A DNA stretch of 64,000 nt from Ramazzottius varieornatus (taxonomy: Eukaryota; Animalia; Tardigrada), in NCBI GenBank assembly GCA_001949185.1, contig BDGG01000001.1:248001-312000 (forward strand), in the 5' to 3' direction. Below the pieces are notes generated by a model. It searched no databases. It worked only from the letters and a program-made list of their open reading frames with translations, and had not been told where the DNA came from. This document shows, in pieces, positions 34,076 to 46,813 of this stretch. The translations under genes were made by a program, and so were the position numbers. How positions within the stretch are numbered: the stretch's first letter is position 1; every line of letters starts with the position of its first letter.

Positions 34076-35930
34076 TCAGGGTTTTTGCAGCAGTAATTCG
34101 GGGTAGACAATATTATCCTTAATGGGGTGTGCTTTCTCGCTGATTTTGTCCGGTTTGCATAGCGTTAAAATTGTGTCCCGTGTCTGAGTGCGGCTGGTTC
34201 CGACGTATAGCTGTCCTTGTTCAAAGGGAGGGTCTCTCAGATCAATGCCGCAGCGTTTCAACGTGTCCCCTTGCGAGCTATCGAAGGTCTTACAATACCC
34301 ACATCTTATTAAGAATTGTTTTCTGGTCATTTTGACTTTTATTCCCGGTGCGTTTAGTTGAAATGTCACTCTTGGTATTAGTACGGTTTCGCCGGTCGAT
34401 ATTAATTTTGCGGTTATGGGCTGACGTGAAATATTCTGGAGTACGATTTTTGACTTGTTAAGCAGACGATAGGTTCCGTAACAAATAGCAATGCATTCCT
34501 TCTTTCACATCGAGAGTATGAGGTGGGGTGTTTGGTTTGTGTACCGAATTAAAGAACTCGTCGCTCAAACTAAGGGCTCCCAGGTCAGTATTTTCGTCGT
34601 TGTCAAATGCATCATGATTTAACATGGTCATTAATGGGGCTGGTAGGTATGAAGTGATTGTTTTGTTTATTTCATCGACGACTAAATCCCGTACAGCCAG
34701 AATTGCGCTGTGGGCAGTGTGGGCGAATCCTTCCGTTTGTAAATTGGGATAGACAAACTGAATTAGGTCGTTAAGCTCTGTTGTGCAGTTGATTAAGTCG
34801 AGGATGACTTCTCCGTCTTCGTTTTGGTCCAAAGATCCGTCTCCAACGTCGTCCAGCATTTGTGCGTACTCAAAGTCCTGAAGTTGGCGAACGGGTATGA
34901 TGAGATTAAATTTTCAAGTTTCGGCCAAAGCGGCGAGCTTATCAAACTCGCGTTGATTGTGTCCTTAGCTGTACCGCACTGTATCACTGGGGGGATCTGA
35001 CGAAAGTCTCCGAGACATATCATCACAATTCCTGCGGCCACAGAACTATTCTGACGTATTTTTCTCAGCATCGCGACAGCGGCCTCGAAATTATGTCGAT
35101 GCATCATTGATATTTCGTCCCAGATAACCGGACGACATTCTCTTAGTAAGGCAGCTTTATCAGAGCTGGGAAGGATATCGCATCCGACGTCGCTCAGGTC
35201 TTGCAAATCGTCTCTTAAGGGAATCTTGAAAATGTTATGTGCAGTTCTTCCTTCCACTTGGGTAATTCATCGCTGCAATAGCCGAACTTGCCCATGCAAG
35301 TGCGGTCTGACCTTCCCCACGGACATAGTTCAGGAGACAATTTGACGCGTACGTCTTACCTCTGCCTGCGGGCCTGTTAAGGAAAATAAGCCCTCCTTGT
35401 TCGTCGTCCAGTTTACGTTGTATGCTGAGCACGAATTCACGTTGCTCATCGTTCAATGTTTGAGAGCGTTCCTCGAAATTTTGTGTACATTCTTGTTTAT
35501 TGTATTGCAGGCGCATGCTGTCTATCTCAGACTAGTGATCGAGAGGCTCCGGCAATCCATAATCTGCGTTGCATTTCCCCATACAATCCAACTTTCCCGA
35601 GATATGAAGTAGCGTTTCGTTCTCGGCCTGTTGTCGATGTAAAGACTTGTTGATGGGGAAATCTGCACTGAGCGATTCGAAATGTTTGTTGTATAAGTCC
35701 ACTGCGGGAGCACCTTCGTTTATCAACAGCACAAATAAACCACGCAGCTGCGACGGTGTCTCTAGGTTTTTTACCGCTTCTGCCATGCATTGATCGGCCT
35801 CTCCGTCCTTTCGAATATGACCGAGTGCGTACGCTGCTTCCGAAAATGAACCATAAATGACTCCGTCGACCGTTCTGAGATCCTCGTACGATCGCGCAGG
35901 AAAATACTCTAGCAGATGTCTAAGAGAGTA
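34076..35930 (-). mobile_element. Helitron Rep-Hel, PIF1 helicase portion (pseudogene, Rep/HUH domain absent)
   Basis: SYEDLRTVDG...FSEAAYALG, PSQLRGLF, PAGRGKT, GRTAHNIFKIP, IWDEISM, GDFRQIPPV and SQGDTL..GIDL..PPFEQGQLYVGTSR. Confidence 0.92.
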
Positions 35931-37694
35931 TCCCTATCGATCACATTCCCGCAGAACTCAACAATGCGGTCATCGCTGATAAATCAGCCGACTTCTGTTT
36001 GCCGTAATGCGGATTACTGGAGTCATTGCGGACATTTTTTCTAAATGACTCAGTGGAGACAAATTAATCATTCCCACAAAATCCTTAATGACGTACCACT
36101 GTAGTGGAACTCATTTTCAGTTAATACTTATCAAGTCTGAGTTTTGCTGAGATCTAAAGTCATGCAAGCTTAAATTCTCAACCGACGGTCTTTCCATCAA
36201 TATTTAATTTTCTTCCCCAGCTGTCTCCTTAAATATACAGCGAGACGCGGCAGTGAAAAGAAAAGCCCAGCAGGTGGCGATACAGCTAACAAATAATATT
36301 ATCCGCCAGTGCAAACGCTACGGTAAAATATGGAATATAATAGCACAATGGGATCCAATCACGTTCAAAGTTTATGGGGGAGCTACAAATCGCAAGTTTT
36401 CGTGAAAAATTGGTTGTTTACGGTCGACTGATGGCCCTGTTCTCACTCGACCTTTCTTGCATTCGGGAAAGGCTTTCTTCATGATTTCAGCAAGAAAACG
36501 AGCTAGCGTTCTCCTGTCTTGCGAATCGACCAGTGCTTATGGGAACTGGCCAGATTGTGCATGTCTTTCAAACCCGCCAAAGAGGCATACAGTGTGTCTC
36601 CAAAGCTCCAGATGTCGGCCTTGTGCGTGTACTGCTGAGGTGGACGGACGACTTCAGGAGCCATGTAAGTGCAGGTGCCCACATAAGCAGTGGTACTTCT
36701 CACCATTTCTTGGAAGCTTTTGGACCAACCCAGATCGGCTAATTTTAGTACAATATCTCGGCAAGGCGTTCTCCCAGGAGGGGTTTTTCGTTTTATTTGC
36801 AGTAGAATGTTTTGCGGTTTGAGGTCCCTGTGACAAATTCGCATATCGAAAAGGTCTTCATTCCATTGCTAATTTGTTTGGCGAAGCACCACAGATCAGA
36901 TTCCTGGACTGCTCCGACATCTGGAACAAATCTCCCAGAAAAACCCGTCAGTCAAATTTCTCAGTTCTTCCGTTCGACCTACAGACAATTCGTACACGCA
37001 CGAAGGTAAAGTTTGGAGCAGTAAAAAGTTTGAAACAAGCGGTTTCGAAACACCAATGCAGTTTTTGACAATTTCTACAGGTGAACTCTCAATTCTGCGG
37101 TCTTTTCCGTCTATTCAAAACGTTTCACTGCTCCAAACTTCCCCTTCGTACGTGTACGACAACGAGCTGTTAGTGCAGACTGCCGCTCTGATGGGTACGT
37201 TTTGCAAACTCGGGTCGTCAGCCGTACCCGCTGGGTACGTGAGCAGTTTGAGCATCATTTATGGTGTTTATTGGTCAGCTGATCGGTACATAACCTGACC
37301 GATGTTTCGCCTACTGGCCGGGAAGTTTCTTCACTCAATTCTATTGCACAAAGTTCCCAGCAGACCAGAGGTTTAGCTGTCATTCACAGCTGTCATTCAC
37401 CTTGGTAACCTCTTTACTGTGCTGAGATACGGCGGCATATGCATAATATGCTAAAGCCTGGGCGTGGACTGGCTCCATGGATTCAGTACAGAAATTCAGT
37501 TGCTACTCACGTGCCGCTGTGGAGAAAACGTGGACGAGTACACGCACGACGGGAAACTTCGGAACAGGCGGAAAAGACGCAGAATTGACAATTCAACCGT
37601 AGAAAATTGCTAGAAAGTGCATTGGTTTGAATTGCACACGTATGTACGAACTTCAATTCCGCTGTTCCGCAGTTTCCCTTCGTGCGTGTGCGAT

Positions 37695-38230
37695 CAGCAC
37701 GGCTTGAGCTGTGAGTTTAGTGGCGGTCGTTACAGCCGGTACAACGCACTAAACGTGTCGCTCACACGTGCCTCGACATCAGCACAGATACCTGCCATCC
37801 TTGAGTCTCGAGGGATCTTCCGGAAGGACAAGGGACGACCAGACGGCATGACGCAAGTTTCATGGGAGAACGTAAGGAGCTCGTCTGGGACGTGACAGGG
37901 GTTGACACCCTGGCCCAGACCAACTTCACCGCGTCAACAGTGAAAGCCGGATCAGCTGCTGATGCCGCGGAAAGAAGAAATATTGCCACGTACCAGCACA
38001 GTGGAAGCCAGCTCCAGTTCTGCCCTGTTGGTTTGGAAACCCTTGAGCAATCTGGACTCTGTGCAATAGAGCTGTTTGAGGTGGTCGGAAAAAAGATGGC
38101 AGAAGTGCCGAGTCTGGATTTTTCCAGTTTTTTTTAAGCAGCGAGTACCAATAGATATTCTTCGTGGCAATTGTTATTCTGTTCTCAGTACTGTGAAAGA
38201 TGCGAAAGGTCTGGGCGAGGTGTTTTATGA
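37695..38230 (+). mobile_element. 3' fragment of a CRE-like non-LTR retrotransposon (zinc knuckle plus restriction-like endonuclease)
   Basis: HGLSC..SGGRYSRYNALN, RPDGMT..SW, LVWDVT.VDTLA, AADAAE, PVGLETL and QRV.I.ILRGN. Confidence 0.85.
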
Positions 38231-39116
38231 TTTCGATGTTAAGAACGGTGTCGCTTCTTCCTCAATTTTTAAGTGACGATTATTGCCTTCAGATAGAGAT
38301 TGTGTCAGTTGCCACTCCGGTTCACTTTCCGACTGTAGTAACGGATTGCTCCGCCCCTTTTGTGACCTGTAACTACAATTTGCCTTCCGGAGCTGCCCTT
38401 ATTTTCGGAAAATAGCACAATCGGGGTTATGGTTAGCTAGCATTGTGAAGCATGGTGGTTGCCCAACTATTCAAAGTTGCAATCAGCTGCTCCGGTTATG
38501 GGTGACGCTGCAGCCCATTCCAGCTCCAGTCGGACTTTCATCTCGCAGTGGCAACTTAATCTCTGTAGTACTGTATCTGGATTTCTCTTCGACTTGTACT
38601 CCGTATCTGGACTAGATGTCCTTAGATCCCCAAAAAGAGGCAATAAACCCTCACACATCTGTTTCCCTTGATAGGAAAATTGCAAAGGAGGATACCGCGC
38701 GAGTGGTATGCTTATATATGTACATCGTAAGAAGCCACGGAACCCTACTGCAGTCCAGGGTCTGATGTCGTCTAACCAGTGGTTAACGACACCGGGCGGG
38801 CGCCATTCTGCCATCGCGTTGTCTAAGGTATGATCTGCAGTAGATCGAGATTCGTGGTTTGTTATAATGTCAATATAATCGCATAGGTCGTGCGGTGTCT
38901 TTCTTTGTAAGTTGTCTTTGAAGGAAAAAAAGGATATCTGGTTTTCTTGCTGTTTTTCGGCGATCGAAGGATACGCGGTCCAGATACCAAGTTCAAATTC
39001 GGGCGAAATCCAGATCCTGGGATCCAGCAATCCAGTCCAGGTCCGGGTCTTAGCATATGCCAGATACAACAGCTGACAACCGCTACATCAGTATTAAACA
39101 TAACGAGATCGAAGTA

Positions 39117-40335
39117 CATGGTTTTTCCGCCAAGTGACTACCACCGTGTAGTCTTCATGGCTCTGTCAAATGAGTATTCTTCATCCTTACAACTGTTTTC
39201 CGTGGATTAAGCACACCTTTTGCTACCTTTTATAAATAACTCGCCTTGTAAAAATGTTTATGGGAAGTCGAAGCTCGACGAGAAGCTGCTTCGGGGCTAT
39301 CTTTTCGCTCCTTCTCCCTCAGCACAAAATCTTTTCTTACCCATTTCCACTTTTGCGCTCAAACTTCTGATTGGAAGTCGTTTAGCTGTAACTTGCCTGC
39401 CGAAAATGATATGCTTTGTTTTTGTACCACTCGCCGATTGAATGATACAACAACTGTAAAAAAATTGGGCCGAAATATAGGCCGTACAGCTAGAAACAAG
39501 GTTTTTCGAAATGATTTTGATCCTGTACCGGCACTTAAAAGTATATACGCTATTTAAACTTAATGCGCTATTCAAAAAAGGACTTTTCTTGGTTACACTA
39601 AGCGGATCTTGAGCGCAAGAAGACATTGCGCAAAAACCGAGTTATCGTGAATCAGCAACTTTTTCGCCTTTCGAGGCAATATCGAAGAATTTTTATCCAT
39701 CTTTCTGACAAGTTCTCGCGGTGCTAAAAGTAACAGTAGTACTGTAATGCTTCATGAACTTGGCGAAGTGAGCCATCATACGCGCGAAACATCCCTTAGG
39801 GGATCGATAGGGCAAAATTTCCGGACCGGGGTTCAACTGTACGCGTACGATGACTCACTTCGCCAAGTTCATGAAGCATCACAGTAAGTATAAAGACAGG
39901 GCTGCACGACGAGTGGGGGAAAGCCTGAAGTTTTGGTTTGGAGCGTAAGTTACGATTTTTGCCACGAGGAGTGGTTTCCCGGTGAAACGGGTGAAATCGA
40001 CGGTTTTAATTCGTTTGTAAGGTTCGTTGCAAAATTCTTCAGTTTCCGATCATAGCTCAGATAGCTGTGAGTCCGTTAAAATCGTACTGAGGGGAATTAC
40101 TCACACATGGAATTCCACAGACCCGGTTTTGTTTGTGGTAAGAAGTCTTCCCCATCGGAAGTCGTTTTAGTTGAACTTTCCAGCCTAGAGCTCAATGTAT
40201 GGGGATAAGCTGTGTCTCAGCGAAAGCAGCGTAAAAAGTTGTCGGAGGTGACTGGTGCAACGTGACGTAAACAAACAACCTGAATTTTTTTTGTGCCAAA
40301 GTTCCAGGTGGTAGTCACTTGGAGGAAACACCTTG
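39117..40335. mobile_element. Non-autonomous Tc1/mariner-type element (~1.2 kb)
   Basis: 29-bp TIR CA(T/A)GGT(T/G)TTTCC(G/T)CCAAGTGACTACCACC (26/29 match), flanked by TA on both sides. Confidence 0.75.
39742..39884. mobile_element. 143-bp MITE nested in the previous element
   Basis: ~45-bp TIR CTGT(A/G)ATGCTTCATGAACTTGGCGAAGTGAG..., with TA on both flanks. Confidence 0.8.
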
Positions 40336-40994
40336 TATACAACAGAAAATAGGACATTTACCTTCAAGTTGTCGATTTCGCGCTTGGCCATTTTCTTTTT
40401 CTCGGACTGGGGATCAAACGTCGGTGGTAATATTGTCTTAACAGCAACCAAATAAGAGAGCTGCAAGAGAGAACCGGTGGAATCCACGAAACAAAGATCG
40501 CTGATTGCATGTGCCTGATGAGTCATGACTACAGTACCCAGGTGTTCATACAAGCCAACCAGACCGTATGCACCTTTTCCCAGGTTTCTTTTGAACTTGT
40601 AAGGCCCAACGTCTGATTCCTTCGCTTCTTTCGACCTGACGTTTCCGTTGGTTATATGGATCTTGCGATGGGAAAGGGCAACATTCAAGTCAAACCAAAT
40701 TTTCGACAGTTTCTGCAAGCAGAACCGCCCGCAAGCGAACAAAATAGTGTTACATGAAGGATTAACTTTGGTGCACCTAGAATCCGGCATTATTTCAGCG
40801 ACATCACGGTTGTTTCTGACCTAATCAGTTCACATATGTCTATCAAACCAGCTATCTTTGTCCCTTAAGTATATATAGTATCGTGACTGCATGAGATAAC
40901 TACCGCTTGTCTTTCTGTCAAATGCAAATACATGTGCAGCTGCAAACTTAAAATCACCCATCTGCGACATAATAGCACGCCGTGAGGAGGACTA

Positions 40995-43795
40995 AGGTCG
41001 GGATCACAACAGGGAGGGGAGCACTCTCGTACAGAGAAATTTCTGAGCCGCTGCCCAGATCGCTTCCTGGAGAAAATGTTGAGCGATCTTCCGACTTCGG
41101 AAATCGTTTTGCATGTTTTGATTGACAGGATTTGCTCTTGGTCATCCCGCCATCGGGGATATTTTTCTTGATTGTCCGCACGCTACAGACCAACCCGCCC
41201 ACCGTGGACTTTGGACTCTGACGTCAGTCAACCTGTTTTGAAAGTTTTGTCCCATACTTCCGCGTTTTACATCGGGTACCACAGCAAGCGCCCAAGCCGT
41301 CCGCAGTCTTTACAGGAAAAGTTCTACGTTGTAATAAGGGTTCGGCTAATTTATGGTAATGGGGGATAATTATTTTCTTTGAATCTACAAAGTATTACGG
41401 GCGTGGGACGAATTTCGCAATTAAGCGGGACACGGTAAAGACACTAAAACGGAAGCAAAGCTAGGTCATTGTCATCGTCAAGATCTTGATCCAGGGGCTC
41501 CAGGTCTCCGCCCTCTTCAGCAACGTCCTCATCGGCTTGCTCGTCACCAACTGCCTCAATGCGGTCTTCCTTTGTGTCGATATCCCAGTAGTCATCCTCA
41601 AGCTTGATGCAATGGGCGAAGAGCTTGGAGAAGTCTTCTGGCTCGAAGATATCAGCAGATTCTTCCCACAGCTTGATCAGGTCAGGCAGCTTGCTGGTGG
41701 TGTTTTGCTTGGCGACATACCCTTTGCGGCGAGCCCAGCCTTTTTCAATCGGGTTGAAGTCACAGCGGTAGGGCGGCAGACGAACTGTCTCGATGCCTTC
41801 TTCGGTCTTCAAATAGTCATCCATGTAGTACCTGTCGCCCACGTGATTTTTCAGAAAATCCGTCGCCTTCTGCCACAGCTCGGCCAGCAGTTCCCGCGCA
41901 CCGAACTCGATCCTATGGTCAGTCAGCCACTGCTGGGTTTCTTTCTTCACTCTCTTGGGTCTTCTGAACTGTAGCATCAAGCGGGAATGATAACTTGCGT
42001 TATCCAGCACGATCACAACCGTGTCATATCCGTGGAGCCGAGCAAATTCTTTTAAACGGGGAAACACCACCTCCTTCATAAACCTAAAACCATAACAGCC
42101 AAAATTTATCATCACGTCCAGCTTGAAGCATTGGCATTCCGTCACGGTAAGAGTTTCATCACAAATTCTTTCATAATCAGAAAGACCCAGTCGACATCTT
42201 CATTTTGTCTGCTCGGACCGGAAAGATGCAACCAATAGTTTGCGAGATATACTCAAAAAACTCAATTTTGACCCACTTTTTTTTACTTTTCTCTAAATCA
42301 AGCCACTTAATTGACCTGGTGCAACGAGCAAATCTCTCCCCAATGAGAAGACCATCAAAACAGATCATACAAAGTTTGATTGATTGATTTGACAGACTGG
42401 CTTACTTCTCGTAGTTTTGGTAGTTGAAATTCCCGCGGTAGTCCCTAGTGTGCTTTGTGTGCTTCCCAGATAAGTCCACATCCGGGAACGAATCCCCTAT
42501 TCGTCACCACGTCGAAAATGACCCGACGTTTTCCCGATCCACTTGGATGCGACTGTCCGCAGTCCTCGCACAGGATTTCGGCTGTGCCGGTGGATTTTTC
42601 TTTGTCGAGTTCGATCCAACTCTTGCGAAACTGGTAGTTCTCGTTTAACCAAGTCTCATCCAGGAAGGCAATCAGGGCAGTCTTCTGTCAAAACTGACGA
42701 ACCGCTCGGATGTAACGGATACGCCTGACTTTGAGGCTTGGGTCACCAAACAGGTGTTTAGTGGACCGATCCCGATATCGGAAGCCCATTCGACGTAACA
42801 CACGATATATCGTGGATTTCGCCACCTTAACACCGACTTCCTCCTCCACCAATGGCAGTAGAGATTCCACCGTGACGTGTAATCTTGTACTCCCGGTGAA
42901 TTTCGCACGAATTTTCCGGTATTCCGACTCCTTCAACAAGTGCCGACCGACGCCCGCGACACCCTCCATTTCTTCCGCCTCGACAACCGGGTCCAAGGTT
43001 TCATTTACGTCATCTTCCGGAACGGTGTTGCTCTCGACTGCAGTTCCGCTCGGTGGACCAGTTATCAAATCCCAGTTCGTAGTGATGTTCTGGATGGTGC
43101 GTGGACTTCGCTGGCACAGATGCGCGATTGCCTTACGGCGACCTGCCAGAGTGGTCAGAGTATATTTATTCGACCCAGAAAACGACGGACCCAGCACTTT
43201 CCATAAATGAGCAATATGCCTCACATCCACGGGATACAGAGAAGAACTGGAAGACATCTCTCAGCTTCCTGTTAGTTTTGTCAGACTACGGTATACGCTA
43301 TTGTAGAATACTGTGGTGCATTTGAAAACTGAGGAGACGGTTTTCGCTTGTGTTTGATGGAAGCTCTTATCTCTCCAGTTTTTTCCTTGCTGACTCTTCA
43401 TACTTTCCAGCTGTGATAGGAGAAGACAACAAAGAAGTTGTCTCGACTCTATCGTTTTCCAACGTGCAGTATGAAGGTCAGATGCCAGAAGGCCGATAAG
43501 AATATCGTCTGTGCCGGTACTTTTTACATTTCACGCACGCAACAGATTTCATTTTTTGCCTGCTGACGTCAGAGTCCAAAGACCACGGTGGGCGGGTTGG
43601 TCTGTAGCGTGCGGACAATCAAGAAAAATATCCCCGATGGCGGGATGACCAAGAGCAAATCCTGTCAATCAAAACATGCAAAACGATTTCCGAAGTCGGA
43701 AGATCGCTCAACATTTTCTCTAGGAAGGGATCTGGGCAGCGGCTCAGAAATTTCTCTGTACGAGAGTGCTCCCCTCCCTGTTGTGATCCCGACCT
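40995..43795 (-). mobile_element. IS630/Tc1/mariner superfamily transposon, DD85E (Sailor-like), 233-bp TIRs
   Basis: TIRs 40995-41227 and 43563-43795 are nearly identical; TA target duplication; transposase inside. Confidence 0.93.
41444..43257 (-). pseudogene. DD85E transposase with one intron (42084-42405), premature stop and frameshift
   Basis: HTH region KSTIYRVLRRMGFRY; AFLDETW (D1), IVLDNASYHS (D2) and RLPPYRCDFNPIE (E). 85 residues counted between D2 and E. Confidence 0.88.
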
Positions 43796-44633
43796 TATTA
43801 TACAGCCCGCCCAAGCCAACTTGCTACCACTCATTTCTCCAAGGCCAGCTCGATTCTATTAGCTTTCCACTTCGAAATCAATCTTCCCCGGTTTAGCATT
43901 ATCTTTGCTGCCTCTCGGAAACTTATTGGCAAAAAATCTGTTTACGGAAAGTCATGATCGACGTTAAACTCGGGAAGGTCCTGAGTGAAAAACGCACCAA
44001 CTTTTGTCATTTCTGGGTCCGTTTTCGAAAAATTGTTTCTCAGTTTTCCGTTGGCATCTCGCGGTACGGTTACCAAAAACAATCAATACAAACATTGAAC
44101 TAAAGGAAAAGTGGCTGAAGCCGCAAATCAACCGTTCTGGAAAACGGTCAGAAATTTTTCCGAAAACCAGTTTTCCCAGCAAAACGGTCCTATTGGACGG
44201 TTTTAAATCGTTTGTCGAATTCGCCTGGACCTTTTCTGGTCTTTCTCGATTCTTTTCGGCAATTAGAATAGTTATATCGTTTTACATCAATGTCACGATA
44301 AGAACTCAAGCATGGAATTTTGCAGACTGCGTTTTACCCCCTGGCGGTATGTCTTCCCCACCGGAAGTCATAGTACTCAAGTTTTTCAATCAGCTTGTCA
44401 TCACGGCATCGTCTTGCACTGATTCATGTGCGAAATCGTGCGATCTTTTTCGCGTCGTGTTTTCTTCCTGGTACAGTCAGTGTCAAACGATCTCAGCAAA
44501 GAGTGAACGTTGCTGAAATCGCAGATATAAGTTATTGAATTGACTCTCGCCGGGAAATGGCCTGTTTGTATTATAATTCAAGTCAGAGCTATGAAAGATG
44601 ATAGCCTTAGTTTAAGCTTAATGTTTTGGGTGA

Positions 44634-45305
44634 TGCTATAGGCAAAAAAACCCCGTTTGGCTATAGGCACCCCTATCACACCCCGTTAGGCTATAGGCAC
44701 CCTGGTCCGATTCATTAATTCCAACACCCCTTTAATTCGCTAGTACAACGGACACCCGTTTTCAAAATCAGTTTTTCCTTCGGAATTTTAGATACTTGTT
44801 ACTCCTATCCGAACTGCAACAGGTAGATCTCGTTCAACAATGTCACATGGTGATTTTCATCAGTCGGAGGAAGCATGCTTAACAATACAGGCGAACTTCC
44901 TGGTATAGTGTTCACATCAAAGATGAGAACGCTTTTCGCTGCAGCTCCCGAAGTACTGATGGTCGACGTGGCGTACAACATCGTGAGTGCACTGCTGATG
45001 GGACAGGAAGCTGCAGAATATCGTGGCAACCGGTCGAGAGATGAAGATTGTGATGCGGTGAACATTCGGCTAGACTTACGTCGTGTCACGACCGAATTTA
45101 CTGTAGTGCTCGCCAACAGACCCATTGTGGGATGGAGCGCTTGATCTTGTGTTGAAACATTTTTTCTGCCTCATTAAAATTCGGGGAGTCGATAGCTATT
45201 TGCCGGAATAGGGGTTTCCTAATTAGTGAATTAACACAAGAATTAAAACAGGTGCGATAAGGGTGCCTATAGCCAAACGGGGGTTTTAGGGGTGCCTATA
45301 GCCAT
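44634..45305. mobile_element. Foldback/MULE-like remnant with inverted GGCTATAGGCACCC subrepeats
   Basis: Three copies at 44634-44703 and two inverted copies at 45261-45303. Internal MRTLFAAAPEVLMVDVAYN resembles the first-Asp motif of MULE transposases. Confidence 0.5.
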
Positions 45306-45903
45306 TTCCTAATGTTTTTGTTCCTGCGAACGCAGCACGCACTCTTTGAAACAGCAAGGTTTGCAGTGGATTCGAAGAGCCTCTCGGCCTAGTACAGTGC
45401 GGTCACGCCCAAGTTGGTATAGTTTGCAGGAAAAGATTATGCCCCTCCGTGACCACCCATTTTTACACAGTGCCTGTAAATATTTCCGTGCTAGAGCAAT
45501 ATTTTGGCTGCCGTTTAGCCAGTGCGGACCTGCTTCGCGAATTTTATGAAGCATGTGCATTACAGTATGACCTATCGGTGTGCAAAGGCAGTTGCACTTT
45601 GTAATAATGTGCAGTTATACGTAGTCTATGCCCGTCTCACGGGCACGAAGTGAATGTTGCTGGTAAATTGGCTAGAATCAACGTCTATGGTTTGATTCGT
45701 CAGGTCTACTGGCTCCTCGTTTTACGAAAATGATGATCCGAAATAAGCCATCTCCACGTAACTACACTGCCGTTATTGCCCACGGCTGTGGCGTCGTTGC
45801 CATGCTACCGAAATTTCAAGCGTCCCAGAACATGCTTTGTTTGCTTGAGGAGCAAGACATCGATAAAAAACTAGTGCACTGTTTACTGGATGGAAAATGC
45901 ACC

Positions 45904-46631
45904 ATGTCTGCCTTGGCCTCAGATGATTACGATTACCTCGTCAAGCTCCTGCTGATCGGCGATTCCGGTGTGGGAAAATCCTGCTTGCTTCTCCGCTTTG
46001 CCGACGATGCCTATAATGAATCGTATATCAGCACAATCGGCGTGGATTTCAAGATACGAACTATCAAACTGGAGGACAAAACTATCAAAATGCAAATTGT
46101 AAAAGCAGTGCGTTATGCTTTTTTTCAAAACAATAATTAGACCAGCATTCGGGTGAGTACTCGTAAAGTTAACCCTTTATTTGGGTTTAGTGGGATACAG
46201 CTGGTCAAGAACGTTTCCGCACAATAGTATCCTCTTACTACCGGGGCGCTCACGGTATCATTGTCGTGTACGACGTCACAGAGTCCCTGACCTTTCAGAA
46301 CATTCGCCATTGGTTCGATGAGATCGACCGCTACGCTTACGAGAATGTCAACAAGTTGATAGTGGGCAATAAGAGCGACCTGTTTACTCGCAGAACCGTC
46401 GACTTCCAAGTCGCAAAAGACCTCACTGACACTCTGCGTGTTCCGTATATTGAGACTAGTGCGAAGGCCTCTACCAATGTCGAAGAAGCTTTCATCCTAA
46501 TGGCCAAAGAAATTGAACGGCGAGTTTGTTCCCATCAAACGGATGGCTTGCCTCGATCGCTCAAGATGGTCGAAGGGACTGTGCTGACACCTGCCGTCGG
46601 GAAACCTGCTTCGCTTGGTGGCTGCTGTTAA
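45904..46631 (+). CDS. RAB1: Rab1-family small GTPase (2 exons)
   Basis: [40 protein letters not shown], intron 46099-46190, [22 protein letters not shown] and C-terminal GGCC. Confidence 0.92.
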
Positions 46632-46813
46632 CCACTCTGTACTTTACTGTAAACTTTACTCTTCTCACCGCACATGGGTTTTTTCTCCCTAATTTCTCAA
46701 AACCTTCACTGTCATTTGTCCTAAGTTTGGAGTAAGTTAGTATCGTGAACGCAGAGTTTTAGACATTTGGACTTTTATTATGTGGGTATACAGATTGACG
46801 GTGAGTGCAAACT

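Larger units (their letters stand above)
36450..40790 (-). pseudogene. Ser/Thr protein kinase pseudogene, interrupted by nested insertions
   Basis: N-lobe LGKGAYGLV, VAVK and REIDNLK at 40360-40610. C-lobe QISNGMK, HRDLKPQNILL, LKLADLG, GTCTYMAPE and KADIWSFG at 36570-36920, with a frameshift. That both lobes belong to one gene is inferred. Confidence 0.7.

Noticed and set aside
15767-36400. Terminal inverted repeats and 6-bp TSD of the Maverick
   Set aside because: No long inverted pair bracketing the viral genes was found by eye. The AGTAGT-like end near 16286 pairs only with 15767, and the 278-bp inversion is local.
38467-39069. 200-aa ORF
   Set aside because: No recognisable domain or clear start, so it is not called as a gene.
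40954-43896. Twin ORFs starting MGGLVCSVRT at 40954-41202 and 43588-43896
   Set aside because: They are translations of the two transposon TIRs, not genes.
45730-45903. 58-aa N-terminal extension of Rab1
   Set aside because: Rab1 similarity begins at the ATG at 45904, which has a good Kozak context.
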